A DNA stretch of 55,438 bases from Octopus bimaculoides (lineage: Eukaryota): assembly GCF_001194135.2 (NCBI RefSeq), contig NC_068998.1:13395291-13450728 (forward strand), written 5' to 3'. The stretch's first letter is position 1. Each line of letters opens with the position of its first letter. The notes below the pieces were generated by a model. That model did not search any database, was not told where the DNA came from, and was given only the letters and a program-made list of their open reading frames with translations. Positions 23,434-35,264 of this stretch are shown piece by piece. The translations under genes and the position numbers were made by a program.

Positions 23434-24524
23434 ATGTAGCGATGCATTAAATTTTTATAAATTCCATCCAAGGATTATTGTTGTTATTATTATATTTATC
23501 CAACATTATATTAATACAGCTCAACGCAACCCCAAAAACTGATTCACTGGTCAGCATCTTTAGACTGTGGCCGGCATAACAGAATAGGGGCTTTATTTGC
23601 ATATTCAAAGGGTTTCCTGTATACAAATTTGAAAGATATATATGTATATATGTACTTGCCTGATATATTTTAGAGGCCCTGGCTTTGAAGATGTAACAGA
23701 GCGAGAAAACATGTTCCTCGCCACTGGCACCCAGCGGTTGAATACTTTACACAACATTAAGGAATATTGGTTTTATAATACTTTCACTAAATATAAATAA
23801 ATCTGAAATTAGAAAGAAAAAGAAAACATATTTCAGATTAAGTGTGTAATATTATGAAAGAAAAGTAATAAAATGATTAGGCTTTTACTTGTTTCAGTCA
23901 TTAGACTGTGGCCATGCTGGGGCACCAAATAATTTTGAAGTCCTGTTTTTATTCTTGTTTTTGCTTTATTTTTCTATTTGTGACAAAGGAATTGTATTTC
24001 AACAGAAATCATCCTCATCATCATCATCATCATCATCATCCAATTTTTAAAATCTGGGTTTTGTTCCAGTTAACGGGGGTGGCCGGATATACCTCAATGC
24101 CATAGCAACCGAGGTAGGCAGGTACAGCCCACCCCAGCTCTTGGGCTGGCTGGTGCCCATTCTCCTTTGCTATCATGAGGCTTTTTTGGAGCTGGATTTT
24201 CTACGGGGAGCATGCCCTTGCTTACCCCCAACCTCAGTTTCTAGACATGAGTGGACCAAGGCCTCTACCACGATTTTTAAGAACTGTGGTGGAAAACTAG
24301 CTCAGGAAGGCAGGGACACTACTCCCTGAGACCCCTCTTAGAGCCCCCTACTACTAACAAATATAGTGAGAAATGGATTAACTAAATAATGTATTTATGT
24401 ATAATGGTGAAAGACCAAGGAAAACATTGGGAAAACCGTAAGAGAAGTTACAAAGGTATTGAGCCATGCTGATAAGTGGTTGAGGGATTAAAAACTATTG
24501 TAACTATTGTATGTATCATGGAAG

Positions 24525-24720
24525 TGGTGAGCTGGATGAATCATTAGCAGACCATAGCGGCATTTTGTCCATCTTCATGCTTCATGTTCTGAGTTCAAAT
24601 TCCATTGTGGTCAACTATTCCTTTCAGGGTCAATAAAATAATTACCAGTTGAGTACTAGGGTTGATGTAATCAACTATCCCCTGCCCCCAAATTTCAGGC
24701 CTTGTGCCTATAATAGAAAG
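24525..24720 (+). mobile_element. Family D SINE
   Basis: ttctgagttcaaattcc...aaatttcaggccttgtgcc. Confidence 0.8.
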
Positions 24721-24775
24721 GATTATTATTATTATATAAAAGCGGCAAGCTGGAAGAATGCTTAGTGGCATTTCA

Positions 24776-25258
24776 TCAAGCCAAGTGAAATCATAGTCGT
24801 GACAGATACTGATGTCACACAAATGGCACCTGTGCCGGTGGCATGTAAAAAGCCCCCATTACAATATCAGAGTTGTTGGCATTAGGAAGGGCATCCAGCT
24901 GTAGAAACCATGTCAAATCAGACTGGAGTCTGGTGCGGCCTTCCAGCTTGCCAGCCCTGGTCAAACCGTCCAACCCAGGCCAGCAAGGACAATGGACATC
25001 AAATGATGAAGATGATGATGATGATGATATACATATAAACCCACATGCTGCTGACATATTGGCACTTGGTACATTCTGTGTAATGTTTGGTATTAGGAAG
25101 GGCATCCAGCCATAGAAACCAAACCAAACTGGAACCTGGTACATCTCTCCAGCTTACCAGTTCCAGTCAAACCGTCTAAGATATGCCAGCATGGAAAATG
25201 GATACTAAATGACGATGTTGATGATAATGAAGTTGATGATGATGATGACGATGACGAT
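24776..25258 (+). mobile_element. Two consecutive family C elements (24776-25030, 25085-25258)
   Basis: Both carry ttaggaagggcatccagc and (GAT)n tails. Confidence 0.8.
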
Positions 25259-26057
25259 GTACAAACACACACTTTGCTTCATGTTCTATATATACATATA
25301 TATAAATCAATATATTGAGACAATAATGCCTAGATAGTGTTGTGAAAGGACACTCCCTTGTCCCTATCACAGCCATCAGAAATGCAGTAAACGAGTGATT
25401 AGCTAACAAGAAAGATTTAACCAATGATACTATTGTTCAAAAAATACTGATCATAGAATATCATTAAAAATTTTAAATCTGAGACCTTCTGCTCATAAAA
25501 ATATATTTAATCATTAAAATAAAGCAAAAGTCTTTGAAGTGTGTAATAGCTATAAAAATCTATAGGTAGATGTACACATACATGTTTGTGCGAGGTCTGA
25601 TACCTATGTACATATTATAAATCATGAAAAATTTATAAATAATCACACACACTAATCAATCAATCAATCAATACAGTTTATGATTAAATTAATTTTATAA
25701 TATAAAATGCAGGGAACATTAAAGATCTAATCAGAAATAATTGTGTGTTGAGATATAAAGACAATATTTAATCTTTGGCGACGTTTTTTTTTTATGGTTA
25801 TTCCAGCAAGGATAGAACATACCCTTTCAGCTGGGTTCTACCTGCGGATCCAATTAGAACATTTGCTGTCAGTTGCTTCTGATAGGATCCTCAGGTGGGC
25901 TTCTCTTGAGGACTCTGCTCCCATGAGCTTTACAGGAATAAGGCACTATGAAGATGGATGGACAGATGGATGGATGTATGGGTGGCTGAATGAACGGGTG
26001 GAATTCCAGATAGCAAACCTTCTTTATATTTGGTAAAGTAGTGATGAGAAATTAACC

Positions 26058-26470
26058 ATCGTCATCATTGTCGTCATCATCATCATCATTGTTCTAATGT
26101 CCACTTTACTGTGCTGACATGGGTTGGATGAAATTTTTCATGACAGATTCTCTATGGTCAAATGCCCTTCTTGTAGTGACCAAGCCTCACCTGTTTGAAA
26201 GCAAGCTAATATTTCTCCATGATGAAAGTGTTGAGCTGGCAGCACCATTAGTATGTTGGGCAAAATGCTTAGTGGCATTTTGTCTGTCTTCACGTTCTGA
26301 GATCAAATACTGCCGAGGTTGACTTTGCCTTTCATCTTTTTGGGGGGGTCGATAAAATAGGTACCAAGTGAGCACTGGTGGGGGGGGGNNNNNNNNNNGG
26401 GGGGGTCAATGTTATCAGCTTATCCCTTCCATGAACTTGCAGTTCTTGTGCCAAAATTTGAGACCAGTGT
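26058..26470. mobile_element. Family C (minus, 26058-26220) abutting family D (plus, 26233-26470)
   Basis: Alignment to the other copies. Confidence 0.75.
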
Positions 26471-26600
26471 TTCTCATGATCAGACATAGCTCAAAAGATT
26501 GGAAATGATGGTCACTGTATGTATGACAGTAACATTCACTGTCAACTATCAAACAATGTCAAAAGAAGGAGACTGTAACGCACATACACATGAATGTATG

Positions 26601-27058
26601 AAGGGCCGGATTAAGACCCATCAAGGCCCTGAGCACTTAAAAAGATTTTGGCGCTCCCATACAAGATTATGTAATTCAAAATATAAACAATGACAAACCA
26701 TAAAATAAATTATTATTTTTCAAAACAAAACAAAAAACAGTAAGAGGGAAAATAATGTTTATTTTTGTATACTTCCACTTTATTTATATTTGAAAAGTTT
26801 CCTTCTACTTTTTTGAATTGCAAATTCTTTGATTAGATCCTCAAAATTAATCTTAGGTAACACACCTATACTTAGTAGTATAGGTGTGTTATATAATGTA
26901 TCTATACTTTGTAGAGATAAAGACATCCCGGATATTATTTTAGCAAGTTTAAAGTGATTCCTCTTGTGCTGTAAATCATTTACCATTTCTGTGGTGCCCC
27001 TGCCTTCTCTTGATGCCCTAAGCATGTGTTTAGTTTGCTTAATGGTTAATCCAGTATG
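26601..27058 (-). mobile_element. Non-autonomous hAT-like DNA transposon with transposase C-terminal remnant
   Basis: Terminal ccggattaa/ttaatccag inverted motif; minus-strand ORF ends LSI..KINFEDLIKEFAIQKSRRKLF, typical of hAT dimerisation-domain ends. Confidence 0.7.
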
Positions 27059-27211
27059 CATTATGCATGCACAAATACATATATACGTATTCATTTATTA
27101 TAGGCTTACAGCTGTTTCAGATATACATTTTGGTGAATTCATGGTTCAATTTTATCAATTGGTTGAGTGAGCAACTGAAATTATAGGGAATGACCTTCGC
27201 AATAGGCTTAC

Positions 27212-27577
27212 TTTAGTTTCTGTGTACCAAACTCGTTCTCAAGGTTTTGATCAGCCCAGGGCCATGGCAGTAGACACTTGCCCAAGATGGCACAAAGTGG
27301 GAATGAGTCTAAAATCATGTGGTTAGGAAGTAAACATTCTATCACATAGCCATGCCTGCCTGTCCCTAGTCTATGATTAAATAAATATATATTCTGTTAT
27401 TCTTTTAATCGTTTCAGTCATTTTGACTGTAGCCATGCTGGAGCACCGCCTTTAGTCGAGCAAATCGACCCCAGGACTTATTCTATTGGTCACCTATACC
27501 GAACTGCTAAGTTACGAGGACGTAAACTCACCAGCATCTATGTCAAGCGATGTTGGGGGACACACACACAAACATAT

Positions 27578-27642
<65 letters not shown>

Positions 27643-27810
27643 NNNNNNNNNNTTCTTTCAGTTTCCGTCTACCAAATCCACTCACAAGATTTTGGTCAGC
27701 CCTAGGCTATAGTAGAAGACACTTGCCCAAAGTGCCATGCAGTGGAACTGAACCTGGAACCATGTGGTTGATTAGCAAGCTACTTACCACACAGCCACTC
27801 CTGCGCCTAT
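27212..27810 (-). mobile_element. Diverged B head (27212-27360) and young B SINE (27398-27810)
   Basis: Alignment to B. Confidence 0.85.
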
Positions 27811-28257
27811 ATATGATACACAAGTAGGGGTAAAATATTCATAAAGTCTACATTAAGAATTACAGAAGCATGATCTACATGAAAAAACAATAGCACCATT
27901 CAGCGTTATCATATTTACTGAGGAAATGATAAAATGCTAATTAGAAATAATTATATGGTGACAAAAAGCAAAAAACAAAAAAAACAAGAAACAATATAAG
28001 TCAATAATCAACATCAGCATATTTCATATTACACTCAAATGCGATGAAATTTTGTGAGCATTTCCACTCTTTTGTTAGATAATTTTTTATGGATGTGTGA
28101 TGCTGCAAAAGAAAGGGAATGAGGTGAGGGAGACGGTCGTTTACGAACCACCATGCTTAAATGAAGGGGGCTCTATACAGTCGATTGGCTTGTTAGAAAT
28201 AGCAGTCAAACATCTTTTAAATTATATACCACTGTTTTAATAAGATAAATAAAGCAA

Positions 28258-28313
<56 letters not shown>

Positions 28314-28675
28314 AGGATTGCTTCAACATTTCAGAGGTAGTCTGAAGTATCTAAACAACCAAGGGATAGTTAAATCCGAAGGCACTCCTGGAGATTACTT
28401 GTGTGGGTACCGTCTTTGTTAGAAGGTATCCAGAGGTGGTTTAAACAATATATATATTTATATATATTTGTATGTATATATATATATAAAATAAAGGCGG
28501 CTTATTCGCAATTTACAGCTAAACGCCAGAAGTATAGACGTCACTAAAGTGATTAAGGGTACTAGATGGCACCTGCATTGCTAGAAATAAGAGTCAAAAC
28601 AACACTTAGCCATGACTGATAAGGGGAGGCAGGCTCCCTACAGCATCCAGGGCATAGCCAAAGCACAAGTGATTT

Positions 28676-28730
<55 letters not shown>

Positions 28731-29340
28731 GTTTAGGGCTGGGACATTTTTGAATATTGGTCTGCTCAATCAGTCAGACTGGGGGCTAAAAACCATTTTA
28801 AATAAGTAGTTTACCTTAGATGATGTAGTACTAATCATACGGCCTGAAAATAAAAAGTAGAACTGAGTGATTACTGCTGAAGCATCTCTCATTATAGGTC
28901 TGCTCAATCCAGATTGACCTTGGGCTAAACAACACTGGCAACGTAAGGAACGGGGGAAATTCCTAATCCCAGATAGTCACAATTTATAATAGAAACTTGG
29001 TAAGGGAGATAACCCTAGTATCCATAAATAGTCTAAGGGAGGCTACTCTTCATAAATTATGTAATTTATTATGTAAATGTTATAAATGTAAACACTAGGC
29101 TTGTTGCTAGGCTTCACTTAACTTTACATATATTTTATCTTTTCTTTCGTTCATTGTACTGCAGCCGTGTGGGGGTATCGCCTTGAAGGGCTTAGTCGAT
29201 CGAATCGATCCCAGTATTAATGTTTTTAAATCCGGTATTATTCTATCGATCTGTTATGCTGAACCACTGAATTACAGGCATAATTACAGCCATAACGACA
29301 CAATCATGTCTGTGCCTATATCGTTTGATATAGATTTCTC

Positions 29341-29398
29341 AGTTTGCGCCGGGCGTACCTCCCGTCTCTTTTTGTTGTGCCAACCCTGAAAAGTATTT
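29341..29398 (+). promoter_or_regulatory. Candidate TSS and non-coding first exon
   Basis: TCAGTT Inr-like motif at 29339-29344, CpG-rich unique sequence, GTAAGT donor at 29399-29404. Confidence 0.35.
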
Positions 29399-29492
29399 GT
29401 AAGTTTCTATCGAATGAAAATAAATTACTCAGCAAAAAAATGTATCTCAGAGTCGCGATCTGCGTGAGAAAACAACAGTTAAGTCAGTCGCT

Positions 29493-30137
29493 GTTTCCCA
29501 TTTTGGTACAAGGCCAGAAGGTTGGAGTGGAGGTGGGGACAAAGTCGATTAAATCGACCACAGGGTTCATCTGGTGCTGATTTTATCGACCTCGGAAAGA
29601 TGAAAGGCAAAGTCACGCCTGGCAGAATTTGAACTCAGGACATAAAGACAGATGAAATGCCGCTAAGCTAACGATTCTGCCAGCTGAGACATTTTAGGGC
29701 CAATACTGAAATATTAGTTTCAAATTTTGGCCCGAGCCCAGCAATTTCGGAGGAAGGGGTGAGTTGATTACATCGACCCCAGTGCTCAACTGGTACTTAC
29801 TTTATAGACCTCGAAAGGATAAAGGGCAAAGTTGACCTCAGCAGAGTTTGAACTCAGAATGTAAAGACATGCGAAATGCTGCTAACGATTCCGCCAGCTT
29901 GATGTCTTAGAGTCGATGGCAAAATATTGGTTTCAAATTTAGGCACAAGGCCAGCAACTTCAGGGGAGGGGTGTAAGTCGATTACAACGACCCTAGTGAT
30001 CAATTGTTACTTATTTTATCTGCCCCAAAAGGATGAAATGCAAAGTTGACATCAATGGAATTTGAACTCACGACACAAAGACAGATTAAATGCCACTAAG
30101 CATTTTGTCCGGCATACAAACAATTCTGCCTGCTCAT
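29493..30137 (-). mobile_element. Three head-to-tail family D SINEs
   Basis: Units 29493-29685, 29717-29900, 29930-30137 with ~30-bp linkers. Confidence 0.85.
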
Positions 30138-30149
30138 CACCTTAGATTG

Positions 30150-30360
30150 TGGGATTGTTTCCTGGACCAGGCAGTACACTGTGTTCTTGAGCAAAACTCT
30201 CCATTTAACAGTGTTCCTGTCCACTCAGCTGCCAGACTGGTTTTCCGATCAGGGGACTGTTTGGTCTGCTTGCCTAACCAGTGAGATGGCACTGAGCACT
30301 AAAACAATGCAAAGCGCATTGTGACCAGTGATGTGCAACAACATCTAATAGTCTAGTTGA
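30150..30360 (+). mobile_element. Family E-type SINE (CORE-like centre) with a distinct tail
   Basis: cctggaccaggcagtacactgtgttcttgagcaaaac...gtccactcagctg is homologous to 38386-38604. Confidence 0.6.
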
Positions 30361-30365
30361 AACTA

Positions 30366-30407
<42 letters not shown>

Positions 30408-30481
30408 TCATATTTCTTTGTTCACTTGGGTTATAACATGATACTTCTTGGTCTTTTATTACATAATCACTATTATACAAT

Positions 30482-30672
30482 TCATCATCATCATCATCAT
30501 CGTTTAACGTCCGCTTTCCATGCTAGCATGGGTTGGACGATTTGACTGAGGACTGGTGAAACCGGATGGCAACACCAGGCTCCAATCTGATTTGGCAGAG
30601 TTTCCACAGCTGGATGCCCTTCCTAACGCCAACCACTCAGAGTGTGTAGTGGGTGCTTTTACGTGTCACCCA
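30482..30672 (-). mobile_element. Family C element, young, 5'-truncated
   Basis: Near-identical to the 3' part of 19292-19623. Confidence 0.9.
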
Positions 30673-30674
30673 TC

Positions 30675-31590
30675 ATGGTTCTTCCCTATTTACCTTATTA
30701 TCGTCGGCTTCAGCTCATATCCGAGCATTTGGTTTGTCAGTCTCCATCCAGTCTCCCCAGCAAATGTTTGTGCCGAATGTGACTTTGGAGTCCAAGTCGG
30801 TGGTGAAAGAGTCATGGGCAGAATTCGTACAGGATTAGTCAGTGCAGGTCGAGGATGTTGAAGATGCTCCTTTCTTCTCCTGTGTTTTACCTCCTCATTC
30901 TGTTGTCTGTTCTGCTTGAAGGAGCTGGCTCCATTGTGGACAGCAGTCCTCCAGGCTGTCCTATCCATGGCAATCTGTTTCCATGAGGATGGCTGGATTT
31001 TTAGTTTGAGCCAGGGTCCATTTGGGCTGGTCTTTAAAATGGAATTTCGGGCCCCTTCTGGGTCTTGTTCCGATTGCAACTTCTCCTCAGGAGACAAGAG
31101 GGCTCCAGATGCTGGACGTGACCTGCCCAGCGAAGACAATGGCAAAGAATGGTGGCTTCGATGCTTGGTAGTAAGGCATGGCGAAGAACATCATTGTTGG
31201 TAATATGATCTTCACATTGAATATTGAGGATCTGTCTTGGCTTGGATTGCTGGAAGCATTCAAGGTGCTTGAAGTCACAGCGGTACAGTGTCCAAGTTTC
31301 ACAAGTGTATAGAAGAGTTGACAGGACAATAGTATGGAAGACCAGAATCTTTGTCCAGATGGTCAGTGTGTGATTGAGGAAAACATGTTGGCTGAATCTA
31401 CCAAAGGTGGAGTGGGCTGCCCTGATCTGGTTCTCCAAGCCCTTTTCACATGTGTGGGGGTCTTCGAAAGAATAATCCCAAGGTATGAGAAGTGTTCAAC
31501 TTTTTCTAGGGGTTAGCTGTTGATGCTAATGTTCGTAGGTGGACGGTTCTGGTCTGGTACAGGTTGGATCATGGTCTTTAATATGTTGGT
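30675..31590 (-). pseudogene. RTE-clade (BovB-like) LINE ORF 3' fragment
   Basis: VEHFSYLG..., AFGR-like STFGRF, TKILVF..IVLSTLLYTCETWT, LRWAGHV, AMDRTAWR: canonical RTE RT C-terminal motifs; frameshifted. Confidence 0.9.
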
Positions 31591-31805
31591 TGGTTGGTTG
31601 GTTGGCTGGTTGGACGATCTTCCCAACCAACTTATTATGTTATGATTCGTCACACATGTCTTGTTGAAACAACTGTAAACCATGGAATAAAAGTAATAGG
31701 TGCAAGAGTGGCTGTGTGGTAAGTAGAAAGCTTACCAACCACATGGAGAACCAGACATGCAGCCCTGGCATCAGCCCCAACTACAATTTTCATTTGATTA
31801 CAGAT

Positions 31806-32092
31806 TGATTTGAGGGGGACTAGTCGATTGCATTGGACCCAGTGTTTCACTGGTACTTAATTTATTGACTCCCGAAAGGAGGAAAGGCAAAGCCGACCTA
31901 GGCAGAATTTGAACTCAGAACGTAGAGACGAACGAAATACTGCTAAACATTTCGCTGTATTTCGTTCGTCTTTACATTCTGAGTTCAAATTCTGCTGAGG
32001 TTGACTTTGCCTTTCATCCTTTCAAGATCGATAAATTAAGTACCAGTTGCATACTGGAGTCAGTCTATTTGACTGGCCCCTCCCCAAAATTT
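31806..32092. repeat. Head-to-head inverted pair of family D SINE halves, 16-nt spacer
   Basis: Arms 31806-31940 and 31957-32092; inner ~92 bp about 87% complementary. Confidence 0.92.
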
Positions 32093-32763
32093 CAGGCCTT
32101 GTAGAATAGAAAAGAATATACAGCTCTTTGCTTTACACCAAAACACATAAGACAGTTGAGAATTCATTTGGCTTTACTCATTATTCATGTCTCATAGTTG
32201 AGTTGTATTTGCTCTTTCTATTGAAATAACCACCACATGAAAACTTACTAATCTAAACTAATAAAATATACTAAACAGCTGCTGTAATAGACAATCAAGT
32301 GATAGTCTGATCAATTGCTTTCTCTTAACATAAACTATGATGTTGCTCAAAATATGGATCTTAACATGTGTGTTGTATTGGTCTTTACTTATCTATCTAT
32401 CATAGTCTTTATCGAGACAGCTGGTAGACACATTTTCGCCCTCATTCCCACATATCTCTCACTTCTCTTTAAAAGATTATGAAGACAATTCAGCTATTCA
32501 TGTCATTTAAGAGTTACTTCCCCTAATTCCCTCTTCTTTCCTCCTCCACCATATATTTATATATATATATATATATATATAGAAAGACACACACGTACGC
32601 AGTTGAATACCTGTATATGAACAGCTTTACTGAAGGAAATTTAAATTTGCATAATGATCTGAAATTTGACCAATGAAAAACAAGCAGACTATGCATGCAT
32701 ATAAGTGACTGAGGGCCTATTCACTTAGTGAACTGAAATTTGAACAACAAACAACGAGTAGAC

Positions 32764-32985
32764 TCGTCATCATCATCATCATTTAACGTCCATTTTCCAT
32801 GCCGGTATGAGCTGGATGGTTTGACAGGAGCTGACTGGGTCAAGAGCCACACCAGGCTCCGTAGTCTGTTTTGGCATGGTTTCTATAGCTGGATGCCCCT
32901 CCTAATGCCGACCACTCCACAGAGTGTACTGGGTACATTCTACATGACACTAGCACCGGTTCTTTCTATGTGACACCAGCATTAG
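32764..32985 (-). mobile_element. Family C element
   Basis: catcatttaacgtcc...ggatgcccctcctaatgcc. Confidence 0.8.
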
Positions 32986-33689
32986 CACCCTTTATACGGC
33001 CTCATCACCAAAAGGGTGATCAAGTCCCACTGAACTAGGAGTGGGGAGTAGTACTGAGTGGGGTGACTTTGCGCTGGTTAGTGAAAAATTTAAGGTATGG
33101 AGCAGTGGTTTCCAAACTTTTTCAGGTTGCCGTCCCCTTGATTCTAAGGTCACATTCCTAGTGCCCCCACCCCACCCCACTCACCATAACAGACGTGGAC
33201 CATTTTCTGAAACAGATTCAAAACAACAGTATTCCACAAACAAAACTCAACCTAATTAACCCTTTATTTTGTTTGTTTGTTTCTTTTTTTTACATCCATT
33301 GCCCTGTTTTGGTCCACCCCATTATTGCCCCATTTTTCTTCATAGTCTGTTTTCAAGATGCCTGTGTCTGCTTGTGACTACGCAGATAATGGAAACAATT
33401 AGTGTAAGCAAGATACCAGCTACCATGCCATACTTGCCTGTGAATGCACATGTGTGTGTGCGTGTGTGTGTGCGTGTGTGTGTGTGCGTGTGTGTGTGTG
33501 TGCATGTGTGCACACATGGAAATAGAGACAAAGAGCAAGATATACAGAATAGGTGGTGGTGGGGGACACTAGAAGATGCAATGTTTGTGTGACAAGTTGA
33601 TCGCTCTTGTTTTCTCTGTAAGAATGATGAATTACCTTCAGTATTTCTTTATAGACTTTTGCCAAACTCTCAACACACTACTGTGTTCA

Positions 33690-33729
<40 letters not shown>

Positions 33730-33956
33730 TTCCCTACTGTTTCTTGGCAGAATTCCAAGACAATAATCATGTGTGAAAAACCTCCAGGTCATTGTCATTG
33801 TTGTTGTTGTTGTCGTTGTTGTTGTTGTTGTATATCTCTCCAGATCAACCGTGATCAAACAGGTTTCTGATCAAACTTGTTCATGGTATTCAAACATTAT
33901 AAATTAAAGTAAATATTTGTTATTGCTATCACACACTTTAGATGTAACATATATCT

Positions 33957-34410
33957 TTCGTTTTACTTATTCGAGTTACTGGACTGTGGCCATGCTTGAG
34001 CACCACTTTGAAGAGTTTAGTTAAACAAATTGACTCCAGTTCATAATTCTTTCGTCTCGAACTTACTCTATCGATCTCGTTTGCCTAACCACTAAGTTAG
34101 GCAACTGGTAAACCACTAAGTTCACTCAGCAGGCAAAAATGATTAGTACCTGTAATTCAAAGGGGCCAGCCTTGTCACACTCTGTGTCATGCTGAATCTC
34201 CCTGAGAACTATATTAAGAGTATGTGTGTCTGTGGAGTGCTCAGCCACTTGTACATTAATTATATGAGCAGGCTGCTCCATTGATCAGGTCAACTGGAAC
34301 CATTGTCATCATAAGTGAAGGAGTACCAGTTATATATATAAAAAAAAAACCCACCAAGTTACAGGGATGTAAACAAACCAGCACTGGTTGTCAAGTGGTA
34401 GTGGGCAACA
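33957..34410. mobile_element. Diverged B (minus) interrupted by an older A/E-type SINE 3' part (plus, 34121-34330)
   Basis: B resumes at ccaccaagttacagggatgtaaac after the insert; insert shares the A tail (gtaattcaaagggg...tggagtgctcagcc). Confidence 0.7.
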
Positions 34411-34532
34411 AAGTGATTACAGACCCAGCACTTCATTTGTAACCTCAAACAATCCACAGTACTTGTTTCTAATTAACATACTGAAAATAGTTACTTTCTA
34501 TTTACAGCTGAGCAGTTAGAATTATGAGAGTT

Positions 34533-34770
34533 AGCAGCGAGCTGGCAGAAACATTAGCATGCTGGGTGAAATGCTTAGCGGTATTTCATCTACCGCTATG
34601 TTCTGAGTTCAAATTCTGCCGAGGTCGACTTTGCCTTTCATCCTTTCGGGGTTGATTAAATAAGTACCAGTTACACACTGGGGTCGATATAATCGACTTA
34701 ATCCCTTTGTCTGTCCTTGTTTGTCCCCTCTGTGGGCAGTAAAGCCTCTTGTGGGCAGTAAAGAAACAAG
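34533..34770 (+). mobile_element. Family D SINE, young subfamily
   Basis: Near-identical to 46212-46445; tail ccctttgtctgtccttgtttgtcccctc. Confidence 0.9.
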
Positions 34771-34967
34771 AATTATTAGAGTCAGTCAACTCACTGTAAA
34801 ATACTTGCACCAACCATATATTCGGATTTGTCAGCTCCAGACCTTTCATCAAACACTCTTCTACTTGCGCAAAGAAAATGAGGACAAAACTTTCAGTGAA
34901 TGAGTCAATATAAGTGCTTCTGTACGGTTTCTTGACCTGTTAAAAGGCAGCAGTTATATTTCCTTTT

Positions 34968-35254
34968 AATCACACCCTCTTATCTTTAACATCACACCGT
35001 CTTATCTTTAAAATCACACCGTCTTACCTTTAAAATCACACCCTCTTACCTTTAAGACCACACCCTCTTATCTTCAAAATCACACCCTCTTATCTTTAAG
35101 ACCACACCCTCTTATCTTTAAAATCACACCCTCTTATCTTTAAAATCACACCCTCTTATCTTTAAAATCACACCCTCTTATCTTTAAAATCACATCTTCT
35201 TATCTTTAAAATCACACCCTCTTACCTTTAAAATCACATCTTCTTATCTTTAAA
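34968..35254. repeat. 22-bp minisatellite, 13 copies
   Basis: Unit atcacaccctcttatctttaaa with minor variants. Confidence 0.95.
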
Positions 35255-35264
35255 AGAGAAAAGT

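Noticed and set aside
28610-28660. Hammerhead-like CTGATAA-GGGAG/CTCCC
   Set aside because: GAAA and stems I and III are absent
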